Of a stretch of 31,915 nucleotides of DNA, positions 19,501-28,678 are shown one piece after another. The DNA comes from Candidatus Muiribacteriota bacterium (lineage in GTDB: Bacteria > Muiribacteriota > Muiribacteriia > Muiribacteriales > Muiribacteriaceae). The stretch is from NCBI GenBank assembly GCA_051747805.1, contig JBNJGP010000028.1, positions 1 through 31,915 on the forward strand. Direction: 5' to 3'. Under the pieces are notes generated by a model, which worked only from the letters and a program-made list of their open reading frames with translations, was not told where the DNA came from and searched no databases. The position numbers and the translations under genes were made by a program. Numbering within the stretch: the stretch's first letter is position 1; each line of letters opens with the position of its first letter.

Positions 19501-19902
19501 TTAAAGTTTAAAACCATAGGGCAGAAGGTCTTTGATAAAATGTTTTAATATTTTTCCTTTAGTATTTGACATAATTATTTCAATATTTTCACCAAATTCA
19601 TAAATAACCTGACGACATGAACCACAAGGCGACACAACATCATCTGTTTCTGCGCAAACGGCTATTTTTTTTATATTTTCACATCCATAATTAACTGCCT
19701 TAAAAACAGCATTTCTTTCCGCACATACAGTTAATCCATAGGAAGAATTCTCAACATTTGACCCGGAAAAAAAACCCTCTTTTTCATCAAAAACCACAGC
19801 CCCGACACTAAAGCCCGAATAGGGACTGTAAGAACCTTTCCGGGCTTTAAGAGCTTTTTCTACCATTATTTTATCATGGTCAGTAACTATAAGTTTCTTC
19901 AT
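19501..19902 (-). CDS. cdd: Cytidine deaminase (homotetrameric type)
   Basis: YSPYSGFSVGA, NVENSSYG, CAER, PCGSCRQ, LLPYGF. Confidence 0.96.
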   Translation of the reverse strand: MKKLIVTDHDKIMVEKALKARKGSYSPYSGFSVGAVVFDEKEGFFSGSNVENSSYGLTVCAERNAVFKAVNYGCENIKKIAVCAETDDVVSPCGSCRQVIYEFGENIEIIMSNTKGKILKHFIKDLLPYGFKL

Positions 19903-20774
19903 TATTTAATAATTCTTCCTTTATTCCACATAGTTAAAACAGGGCTTACAACAAATATAGAAGAATATGTTCCTGCAATTACACCAATAAGAAGCGCTAG
20001 AGCAAAGTTTTCAAGAATCTCCCCGCCAAAAAGAAAAAGAATTATTACTGGAAATAAAGTTGTAAGAGACGTATGAATAGTACGGGTCAGAGACATGTTT
20101 ATACTTTTATTGACCATCTCATCAAAAGGAATATTCTTCATTCTTGAAGTATTTTCTCTAATTCTATCCGACACAACAATAGTATCATTCAGAGAATAAC
20201 CAAGCAAAGTTAAAAATGCGGCTATGATAGTAGAGTTTATTTCTCTGAATAAAAGAGAAAGTATTCCAATCGTTATTAAAGAATCATGTACAAGCGCAAT
20301 TATTGAGGCAGTAGCAAATTTATAATTAAATCTTATTGAAATATAAATTAAAATAGCAATAATCGCCCATATAATTGCCGAAAAAGCATTTTCCATCAAT
20401 TCCCGTCCAATAGTCGGCCCAATATCAGTTTCTCTTTTAATTCCATCTTCGGCAATTAAACTTAAACTATCTACTAAATTACTTATTAGAGCCCTTTTTT
20501 TATCATCATTTAAAAAGCTTGTTGTAATAATTACTTCTCTATCATTTCCTGCAACAGGTTGAACTATTCCGGTAAGTTCCATTGACTCAAGCACATCATG
20601 AATCACATATTCATCCACAGGCTCTTCAAATTCATAATGAAGCAAAGTTCCGCCTGTAAAATCTATCCCCAGATTAAGCCCCTGAGTAGCAAATGAAACA
20701 ATACTTACTAAAATAATTATTAAAGACAGAATAAAGGCATAATTTTTTTTCTTTATAAATTCAATATTTGTCAT
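19902..20774 (-). CDS. secF: Protein translocase subunit SecF
   Basis: LGIDFTGGT, IGPTIG, LVHD, GYSLNDTIVVSDRIRE, GTYSSIF. Confidence 0.97.
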   Translation of the reverse strand: MTNIEFIKKKNYAFILSLIIILVSIVSFATQGLNLGIDFTGGTLLHYEFEEPVDEYVIHDVLESMELTGIVQPVAGNDREVIITTSFLNDDKKRALISNLVDSLSLIAEDGIKRETDIGPTIGRELMENAFSAIIWAIIAILIYISIRFNYKFATASIIALVHDSLITIGILSLLFREINSTIIAAFLTLLGYSLNDTIVVSDRIRENTSRMKNIPFDEMVNKSINMSLTRTIHTSLTTLFPVIILFLFGGEILENFALALLIGVIAGTYSSIFVVSPVLTMWNKGRIIK

Positions 20775-20787
20775 CTTAACACACTCC

Positions 20788-22350
20788 TTAAATACTTAAT
20801 TTTTTTATTTTAAAATTTATTGTCAGCATTTTAAAAATTGTTTTAACAACATAAACAGCCGTAAATAAATTTATAACTGTTCCCATAATTAATGTAATTG
20901 CAAAACCTTTTACTGGTCCAGTTCCAAAATTATACAAAATTAATGCTGTTAAAATAGTTGTAACATTCGAGTCAAAAATTGTGCTGAAAGCCTTGTCAAA
21001 GCCACCATCAACTGCGGCGCCAAGAGTTTTTCCTGTTTTAAGTTCTTCTTTTATTCTTTCAAAAATAATAACATTTGCATCAACCGATATACCAATAATC
21101 AATATAATACCGGCTATTCCCGGAAGGGTAAGTGTTGCTCTGAAAAGAGCCATTCCTGCCATAAGAAGAACAATATTAAGTATAAGTCCTAAACTGGCTA
21201 TAATACCCGTAAATTTATAAACATACAATATATATACAAAAACAAGTACAGCTCCAAATGCAGCAGCACGAACTCCTCTTTCTATTGATTCCTGTCCAAG
21301 AGAAGGACCCACTGAAATTTCGCTCACCTTTTTAAGCGGTGCAGGTAAAGCCCCGGCCTGTAAAACAATAGAAAGCTCTCTTGCCTCATCTTCGGAAAAG
21401 TTTCCCTCAATCTGAGCTTTTCCACCAGGAATTGCTCCCTGAATAGCAGGAGCCGACATCACAATATCATCAAGCACAATTGCAAGCTGTCTGTTGACAT
21501 TATCCCTTGTGATTCTGGCAAATTTCTGTGTGCCTTCACTGTTAAACCTCATCATAACAATAGGCCGGCCAAGTTCGTCCCTGCCGACTCTTGCCTCTGT
21601 TAAATCAGTTCCCGAAAGAAGGGTTTCTCTTTCAAGAACATAAACAGGTGTTTTTCCTGTTTCCTGATTTCTTTTTCCATAGTACATACTTTCAGTATTC
21701 TCATCTATATTTCCTAGCTTTGTTCTCTCAGAAACACTCTCAACATATCCACTCTCTTCCCTTACAAGTTTAAACTCAAGCATGGCAGTTGAGCCAATTG
21801 TTTGAGCCATATCTGAAGAACTTTCGCCAGGAAGTTGAATTCTTATTCTATTACCAGTTACCGCATTTATTGAAGGCTCGGTAACTCCAAATAAATCAAT
21901 ACGGTTTCTTATAACTTCAACCGCAGTTTGCACAGCCTCCTGATTCATATCTGTTATATCCTCATCAGGAATTACAAAGCTTATGCCGTCCATAAGATTA
22001 CCAGACTCAACCGATAACATTTCGTCTTCTCCAAGCTGAGCAGATAAATATCTGATTTGTTCTTCATTAACAGAATCATATACTCTTACATCTATTTTTA
22101 AATCTTCCGGATATTCCTGAACAGAATAATCCATAATTTCGTTTTCATTAAGAACCCGCCTCATCTGCATTGCCTTATTCTCAATTACAATCTCTTTAAG
22201 TTGCGGAACATCAATTTCATAAACAAGATCCATACCTCCCATCAAATCAAGTCCAAGATTGATTTTTTCCCCGACTGGATAAAGAGTATAAGCAGCCCAG
22301 GCGATTATAGCAAGAATAATCACCATGTTAATTTTTATTTTACGGTTCAT
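20788..22350 (-). CDS. secD: Protein translocase subunit SecD
   Basis: LGLDLMGG, IRNRIDLFGVTEP, LAIVLD, AGALPAPL, VGPSLG, TLPGIAG, VDANVIIFERI. Confidence 0.97.
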   Translation of the reverse strand: MNRKIKINMVIILAIIAWAAYTLYPVGEKINLGLDLMGGMDLVYEIDVPQLKEIVIENKAMQMRRVLNENEIMDYSVQEYPEDLKIDVRVYDSVNEEQIRYLSAQLGEDEMLSVESGNLMDGISFVIPDEDITDMNQEAVQTAVEVIRNRIDLFGVTEPSINAVTGNRIRIQLPGESSSDMAQTIGSTAMLEFKLVREESGYVESVSERTKLGNIDENTESMYYGKRNQETGKTPVYVLERETLLSGTDLTEARVGRDELGRPIVMMRFNSEGTQKFARITRDNVNRQLAIVLDDIVMSAPAIQGAIPGGKAQIEGNFSEDEARELSIVLQAGALPAPLKKVSEISVGPSLGQESIERGVRAAAFGAVLVFVYILYVYKFTGIIASLGLILNIVLLMAGMALFRATLTLPGIAGIILIIGISVDANVIIFERIKEELKTGKTLGAAVDGGFDKAFSTIFDSNVTTILTALILYNFGTGPVKGFAITLIMGTVINLFTAVYVVKTIFKMLTINFKIKKLSI

Positions 22351-22412
22351 TATTTCCCCCTTACTGATTTATATAATTTTCTAACTGAGACATTTTACAA
22401 TTTTTATTTCCA

Positions 22413-24368
22413 TTATTCAAGTTCATAATACATTTTTATTACATCGTCAATAAATTCAAATTCAGGCCAGTAATCTATAATAATACGATATTGACGTATT
22501 GCAGCAAAAAACATTCTCTGTCTGGCATAAGTTTCAGCCAGATAATATCTGGAGTATGGAAAATCTCCTTTCTTCTCCACAGATTTCTCTAAAAATTTTA
22601 TAGCATCAGAAAAACGTCTTCTTTTAAAAGCAAGCTCGCCCTCTATATAATTAGCCCTCCAGTGGTTTTTGGGCATACCATTTCTTGAGGCTGCCGATAA
22701 ATATTGTCGGGCAAGATCTCCTCTGCTGTTTTTTAGATTTAAATATGCTGCAAGAAGGTAACATTCATACCTTTCCGGATAATTATTCAATAAATACTCT
22801 ACCTCCTTTCTTGCAGTATTAAAATTTTTCATATCAACCGCAATATAATTTTTTCTAATTAGCAGAGGAAGTTCATTAAACCCAAGCCTCCCCGCATTTT
22901 CCAGCGTTTTTTCTACAAACTCAAGTGCCTCGGCAAACCTGAGTCTTTCAACTAAAAAATCTATGTACATATAGACATACTCAACTTCATATCGAAATTT
23001 ATCAAAAACTACCTTAAATAAATTCTCGAGTTTTTCATATTTTCTTTTCTTATTTAATATTTGAAGCTTTCTTTTCCATAAAACTGGAATATCCTGATAT
23101 TTTTCGCTAGCTTTTTCTGTATAAAAAAGGGCCTCGTCGTAATTTTTCATCATCATCAAATTATCAATAAGAGGAATAAAAATATTCAGGGATTGACCCG
23201 ACTTTTGAAGTGCCTTTACTAAAAGAGAATGTGCTATCTGCCTTTGATTAAAATAAATTTTTAAGCCGGCAAATTCAACAATAACCTCTTCAGTTTCTCT
23301 TAATCTGAAAGCCTGCATATAAAAATTATATGCCTGCAGAAAATCTTTTTCTTCTCGGTAAATTTTACCTTTATACAAACAGACTTCATAATTATCTGAA
23401 TCCATCTTATAAAGTAGCTTAAATAATTCCAGAGCACTTGCAAAATCCCCTTGTGAAAAAAACTCTTTGGCATTCCTTAAATTATTATAAAATCTGTTTT
23501 TTTCATCATCTAAATACCTTACATATTCATAAACACCATCATTTGAATTAAAAATATATATAAACTTTTTTTCAGCCCGAATAGTAGTTTTTAAATTATA
23601 AAATCTCTTCGTTTCATAAACATTTATTTCTTCATCAAAAAAAGGGAGAAAAGTTTCACCATCAAAAATATATAAATTATCGTAAGTTAGTATGTAAATA
23701 TAATCTAAATCATAATCAAGTGCCCGAATGTCTCCATCGAAAGTGTGTTTATCGGCAATATTCCCTTCTTTATCTATTTTATAAAAAATATTATCATGGA
23801 GTAAAAAAATATTATCTTTAATTTTAAAAATATCTTCTACCCCGGGAGGCTCCTCATTCAATTCATATAAGGACTCACCATCAAAACGCAAAACTCCATT
23901 CATATGGACAATATATAAAAAATCGCCAACTGTTTTTATTAAATAAATATATTTGTTTGATAAATTCCTGATACTGTTTATTTCATCGGAAGAATCTAAA
24001 AAAAAGAGTCCTTTTTCATTAAAAAAATATAAATTATTATCAAAGTATTCTAATTTAAATCCATTTTCTGAGCTGATTTTTGTCTGATGATTAGAATCTT
24101 CAATATAGATTCCTGACAAAGTTGAAAAATAAAGTTGGTTTTCAACTTTACACATATCAAGTATTTTTTCTTCCCATAACTGATTTAGATTCTGACCATC
24201 ATATTTAAAAATACCTTTATCTGAACCAAAGTAAATACTATTTTCAGAAAATGTTTCGATTAGTCTAAAAGAAATATCTTCTTTAATATCCAGTCTGTCT
24301 AAAAATAAACCTTTCACATTTATACTAAAAATTAGTATCAAAAGTAAAACCAGACACACGACTTTCAT
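22413..24368 (-). CDS. Secreted protein: N-terminal beta-propeller-like region plus C-terminal TPR array
   Basis: Likely start MKVVCLVLLLILIFSINVKG at 24368 (signal peptide). Repeated IYFGSDKGIFKYDG / LYFSTLSGIY / LYFFNEKGLF blades, then TPR helices. Confidence 0.75.
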   Translation of the reverse strand: MKVVCLVLLLILIFSINVKGLFLDRLDIKEDISFRLIETFSENSIYFGSDKGIFKYDGQNLNQLWEEKILDMCKVENQLYFSTLSGIYIEDSNHQTKISSENGFKLEYFDNNLYFFNEKGLFFLDSSDEINSIRNLSNKYIYLIKTVGDFLYIVHMNGVLRFDGESLYELNEEPPGVEDIFKIKDNIFLLHDNIFYKIDKEGNIADKHTFDGDIRALDYDLDYIYILTYDNLYIFDGETFLPFFDEEINVYETKRFYNLKTTIRAEKKFIYIFNSNDGVYEYVRYLDDEKNRFYNNLRNAKEFFSQGDFASALELFKLLYKMDSDNYEVCLYKGKIYREEKDFLQAYNFYMQAFRLRETEEVIVEFAGLKIYFNQRQIAHSLLVKALQKSGQSLNIFIPLIDNLMMMKNYDEALFYTEKASEKYQDIPVLWKRKLQILNKKRKYEKLENLFKVVFDKFRYEVEYVYMYIDFLVERLRFAEALEFVEKTLENAGRLGFNELPLLIRKNYIAVDMKNFNTARKEVEYLLNNYPERYECYLLAAYLNLKNSRGDLARQYLSAASRNGMPKNHWRANYIEGELAFKRRRFSDAIKFLEKSVEKKGDFPYSRYYLAETYARQRMFFAAIRQYRIIIDYWPEFEFIDDVIKMYYELE

Positions 24369-26730
24369 AGGCTTTACCATCATTATCTGCCGGAACATCT
24401 TTTCTCCTGATATAAAAATTTATCATTGTCTGTGAGTTTAAAGTTCTGTTAAAACTCAACTCGTCTTCCATATAACTCAGTTTTTTCTGTTTTTTTTCTT
24501 TTGTATAATTGTATTCATACTTAATATTTGTTCGATTATCCATATTATAAATTATTTCATCACCAAAAGTAAAAAAATTTATATTATCTCGCGTTTTATA
24601 CTTCTTTTCCCCTTTTTTCAATCCAAAATTAAAGGAAAATTTAGAACCACTTCTGTTATATGATAACCCAGTAGTTTTTTCAATATAGTTTGATTCAGAT
24701 TTATTAGAGCTTTCTTTCTCGTTTCTTTCAAAAGATAAAACACCATTTGAATTTTGATCAAGATTTCTTATTATATCAAACTTGTTTTTTTCATCTATAT
24801 TAGTAATATCCTCTTCAAAAGAAACGTTTTTTAAAAAGTTTCTTGTAAACCTGTAATTCATGCTAGAGGAATCAGAATAGTTAAACATGAAATTATCTAT
24901 AAAATTTCTGCTTTGACGTATATTTCTAGTTTTATCCTTTCTTTCACGCATATTACTAAAAAAAGAAATATTCAAAAAATCGTTTATATAATCAAATTTA
25001 TAGTTGTACATTTCGTTTACAGTATTAATTTCCTGTGTATCAGAGTCAATTTCTTTTATCTGTAGAAGATTTGAGGAGTTGTAGCGCCCCTGAAAATCAA
25101 TATTATCATTGATTTTATAAGAAATATTAACATCCCCAACAATATTTTTAACTTTTTCTTCTTCTCGCTGATTTAAATAAATATATGTGTTCATTTTATT
25201 TGAAAATATCTGCAAATTCAGATCATGACCTTTGATTTTTTCTCCTTTATCAAGTATATCAGAATAAACATATTCGTATTCAGCGTTATTTTCCCTGAAA
25301 TTCACGCCAAGTTCTTTTTTTTCCATATCTTTAATTAAGTTTGAATCTGTAATATTTTCAAGCTCATTAAGGTGAAAATTAAAAAAATAATTTTTATTAT
25401 TATCATTAAAATTCAGTCGCATACTTTTATCATCGCCATCATATTCAACCCCTTCCTGTGAAATCCTGTCATTTTTTTTAAAAAAGCCACTTAACTTTAG
25501 AGAGGTTCCTGTGCTATAAGTAAATTCTTCGTTGTTTCTATTAAATGTAATTCCCTCTTCTCCTTTTATTTCAAGAAAAGGGTCATTATAAATCAGAGAG
25601 TCTGTTTCACTTATAGAATAAGAAAGCGAAGTATTTAAATGACTATAAGTTAACTCAGAAAAACTCTCGTCTGAAACAACTTCTGATTCCTGTTTTCCAA
25701 TGATTTCATAGCCGGGTTTTCGTTTTCTGTTTTTAGTCTGCAATGTCAAATCTGTTCCTTTATATTCAAGTGTTAAAGCTTTTAATTCCGAATGAACTGG
25801 TTTATCCAGTTTTTCTTTATCTGACAATAGATTATTATCTTTTTTTCCAAAAGCATTCTCAAACTCCAGCAAAAAATTATCTTTTTCATAATTTATTCCA
25901 TATGACCAAACCCGATATCCTGAGGGTTTTAAAGAATCTTCAGGATCATCCACAAGCTTTTTTTTATCATCATAATCCTGAAAATAATTAAGGTGTAATA
26001 AAATATTCTTATCCCAGATATAATCTTCATAAGAAAAACCAGCTAAATATCTGTTAAAAGCTTTTTCATCCTCCTCATACTCGTAATTAACATAGATTCG
26101 CGAAGAAGATTCAACTGGAAGAATACTATTATCTAAAATAATTGAACCAAAGTCATAATCAATATCAAAATCTGTGCCTCTTTCAAGAAGAACACCATCT
26201 ATATAAACCCTTTCTGATCCTTTTACAACCGGATAAAATTTAAGCATGTATTCCTGTAAAACTCCCTTCCCGGTAAAAACCTCTGAATAAATCTCACCCT
26301 CACTTTTAGCATAAAGAAAATACAACTTATCATCCACGTCCTTTATCTCTATACCTCTGGTTTTTTTATTATAAAAAATATATTCTGACTTATTATAACT
26401 AGTTTCAATATCACCTAATGCTCCCTCTAATTTCTTTCCTTCTAAAAATAAAGTGATTTCATGGTTATCATCCTGAACTTTTGTATCATCAAAAGTTGCA
26501 TTTATTCCAATACCATCAGTAATTTCTCCTGTTATTCTCAAACGCAGTCTCTGCTCTATAGAAGTTCCCTGAACCAGATTAGGATTTTCATGATAAAACC
26601 GAGTAAAATCACCGGAATTACGGACATTTTTAATTTCAAAATATTTATTTCCAAATATCATCATTTCATTACAAAACAATGTAATCGAAAAAAATATAAA
26701 AAAAATATAAAAAAACAGCTTTCTATTCAT
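24325..26730 (-). CDS. Uncharacterised outer-membrane beta-barrel-like protein with SprA-like segments
   Basis: Signal peptide; long runs of amphipathic Y/F/N-rich strands; C-terminal Phe (SGFTFDTNF). Motif GSERVYIDGVLLERGTDFDIDYDFGSI. Confidence 0.7.
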   Translation of the reverse strand: MNRKLFFYIFFIFFSITLFCNEMMIFGNKYFEIKNVRNSGDFTRFYHENPNLVQGTSIEQRLRLRITGEITDGIGINATFDDTKVQDDNHEITLFLEGKKLEGALGDIETSYNKSEYIFYNKKTRGIEIKDVDDKLYFLYAKSEGEIYSEVFTGKGVLQEYMLKFYPVVKGSERVYIDGVLLERGTDFDIDYDFGSIILDNSILPVESSSRIYVNYEYEEDEKAFNRYLAGFSYEDYIWDKNILLHLNYFQDYDDKKKLVDDPEDSLKPSGYRVWSYGINYEKDNFLLEFENAFGKKDNNLLSDKEKLDKPVHSELKALTLEYKGTDLTLQTKNRKRKPGYEIIGKQESEVVSDESFSELTYSHLNTSLSYSISETDSLIYNDPFLEIKGEEGITFNRNNEEFTYSTGTSLKLSGFFKKNDRISQEGVEYDGDDKSMRLNFNDNNKNYFFNFHLNELENITDSNLIKDMEKKELGVNFRENNAEYEYVYSDILDKGEKIKGHDLNLQIFSNKMNTYIYLNQREEEKVKNIVGDVNISYKINDNIDFQGRYNSSNLLQIKEIDSDTQEINTVNEMYNYKFDYINDFLNISFFSNMRERKDKTRNIRQSRNFIDNFMFNYSDSSSMNYRFTRNFLKNVSFEEDITNIDEKNKFDIIRNLDQNSNGVLSFERNEKESSNKSESNYIEKTTGLSYNRSGSKFSFNFGLKKGEKKYKTRDNINFFTFGDEIIYNMDNRTNIKYEYNYTKEKKQKKLSYMEDELSFNRTLNSQTMINFYIRRKDVPADNDGKAYESRVSGFTFDTNF

Positions 26731-27611
26731 CAACTATCTGCCCTGGGATGATAACGGTCATAGGTTTTTTTGAGTTTTTTCCTTGAAACATTCGTATATA
26801 TTTGAGTAGTTGAAATATTACTATGTCCAAGTAGCTCCTGTACAATACGCAAATCTGCCTCATTATCCAGAAGGTGTGTGGCAAACGTATGCCTTAAAGT
26901 GTGCGGAGATATGTTTTTTTTTATACCAGAAATTTTTGCATATTTTTTTAAATTTTTAAAAAAACCTATTCTAGATATCTGTCCTCCATTTTTATTAATA
27001 AAAACACTCCAGTGATTTTGTTTCTTCATTAATAGAGGTCTTACCCCCTCTAAATACTCTTTTAAATATTTGAGGGCTGTTTCGCCAAAAGGAACAATTC
27101 TTTCCTTTTTTCCCTTCCCCATCGAAATCAGAAACATATTTTGGAGATTTAAATCATTTAATTTTATATTCACCAGCTCTGATACTCTCAGCCCTGTAGC
27201 ATAAAGCAGTTCAAGCATTGTTTTATCCCTGAACCCAAGAAGTGTTGTAACATCAGGTGTATTGATAAGCTTATCTATTTCTTCAAGTGTTAGGTATTGA
27301 GGTAAATACTTTTCAATTCCAGGTACATCAAAGTACTCAGTAATATTTCTTTCTATATAATTTTCAGCAAGAAGAAACTTGAAAAAGTTTCTTATAGAAA
27401 CAACGTTTCTTGCAATTGAAGAATTTTTTAAACCATGTTTTTTCAAAAAATTTATATAGGCATAAATATCTTCAGAATTAATATTATTAATTCTTTTTTT
27501 ACAAAAAAGACTGAATTTAGACAAATCTGCAGAATAAGATTCTATAGTATTTTTAGAAAGATTTTTTTCAAATCTTATAAAGCTAATAAATTCATCTATC
27601 AGAGTATCCAC
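26730..27611 (-). CDS. xerD: Site-specific tyrosine recombinase XerD
   Basis: LLYATGLRVSEL, GKGKKERIVP, SPHTLRHTFATHLL, LLGHSNISTTQIYT, HPRA; full catalytic set. GTG at 27611 after GGAGG. Confidence 0.92.
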   Translation of the reverse strand: MDTLIDEFISFIRFEKNLSKNTIESYSADLSKFSLFCKKRINNINSEDIYAYINFLKKHGLKNSSIARNVVSIRNFFKFLLAENYIERNITEYFDVPGIEKYLPQYLTLEEIDKLINTPDVTTLLGFRDKTMLELLYATGLRVSELVNIKLNDLNLQNMFLISMGKGKKERIVPFGETALKYLKEYLEGVRPLLMKKQNHWSVFINKNGGQISRIGFFKNLKKYAKISGIKKNISPHTLRHTFATHLLDNEADLRIVQELLGHSNISTTQIYTNVSRKKLKKTYDRYHPRADS

Positions 27612-28518
27612 CAAACTCCTCCATTAAAAATCCATAAAGAATTCCAGTTTCAGAAACAGTTATTGACCTTGCAAGTACCTGTTCCATAACATTTATTAAT
27701 ATAGCTCCTCCCGCTATTATAATATTTGCACGGTCAGAATCGAAATTTAATATATTTTTTCTTTCTTGCAGGTTTACACTTCTTAAATCCCACAAAATTT
27801 TTTTTATTCTTCTTAAGGTAATTTTACTCCCGTCAACAATATCTGATTTATACGTTTTAAGATTCATATTCAGAGCAGAAATTGTTGTGATACTACCACC
27901 CAGACCTATAACTTTACAATCCATTATATTTTCAAGAAAAGAAATTTTTTTTATAATTTCATCTTCCATATTATTATATTCTGCTGCGTCTGGCGGGTCA
28001 CTTTTGAAAAACTTTTTTGTCAACAATAAAGCTCCTATATCCACACTTTTCATAAAATCAATTTTTTCATCTTTAATATAAATAAATTCTGTTGAGCCTC
28101 CACCAATATCAATAATAAGCGTATTGTTAAGGTTTACTGAGATTTTTTTATTATAATAAACCCCTTTAAAGGTATATTCCGCCTCTTTCTGACCTTCAAT
28201 TATTTCGGGAATAATATCTAAATTTTTTTTTAATCTATTTATAAAATCTTTTCTGTTTTTTGCCTTTCTTATTGCTTCAGTACAAAACCCTCTTATATTT
28301 TTAACATCATATTCTTCCTTTGCTATTCTTATAAGCTCCTGAATAGAAACAAAAGTTCTATTAATAGATTGAAATGAAAGAGTATCATCATTAATAAGAT
28401 TTTCTCCCAGTCTTGTTGTAATTACTTCCTGATTTATAATTTTCCCTTCAGATATGTCTATTATCATCATTCTTACAGAATTAGTTCCAATATCAATTCC
28501 TGCGACGTTTTTTCCCAT
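27592..28518 (-). CDS. ppx: Ppx/GppA family exopolyphosphatase (short form)
   Basis: IDIGTNSVRM, TRLGE, CTEAIRKAKN, IDIGGGSTE, GILYG. ATG at 28518 after GGAG. Confidence 0.92.
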   Translation of the reverse strand: MGKNVAGIDIGTNSVRMMIIDISEGKIINQEVITTRLGENLINDDTLSFQSINRTFVSIQELIRIAKEEYDVKNIRGFCTEAIRKAKNRKDFINRLKKNLDIIPEIIEGQKEAEYTFKGVYYNKKISVNLNNTLIIDIGGGSTEFIYIKDEKIDFMKSVDIGALLLTKKFFKSDPPDAAEYNNMEDEIIKKISFLENIMDCKVIGLGGSITTISALNMNLKTYKSDIVDGSKITLRRIKKILWDLRSVNLQERKNILNFDSDRANIIIAGGAILINVMEQVLARSITVSETGILYGFLMEEFGGYSDR

Positions 28519-28610
28519 AAAAACTCCAGCTATGATTTTTAAATAAAGAATTTTTTTAAAATGACTTGAGCGATTTACACACATTGCTGCTCAAACTCAA
28601 GTATAATATT

Positions 28611-28637
28611 TTATCGACAAAACAAGAGGGGGATTTG
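28611..28637 (-). promoter_or_regulatory. Candidate sigma-28 promoter upstream of ppx
   Basis: Minus strand CAAA-N15-GTCGATAA versus consensus TAAA-N15-GCCGATAA: one mismatch per element, exact spacing, intergenic and correctly oriented. Confidence 0.5.
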
Positions 28638-28678
28638 AAATATAAGGTTTATGCTTGAATGAATTAAATGAAAAAATT

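Noticed and set aside
26730..27611. Tyrosine recombinase as a phage or island integrase
   Set aside because: It has XerD length and motifs, overlaps housekeeping neighbours, and I saw no att repeats, cargo genes or compositional shift.
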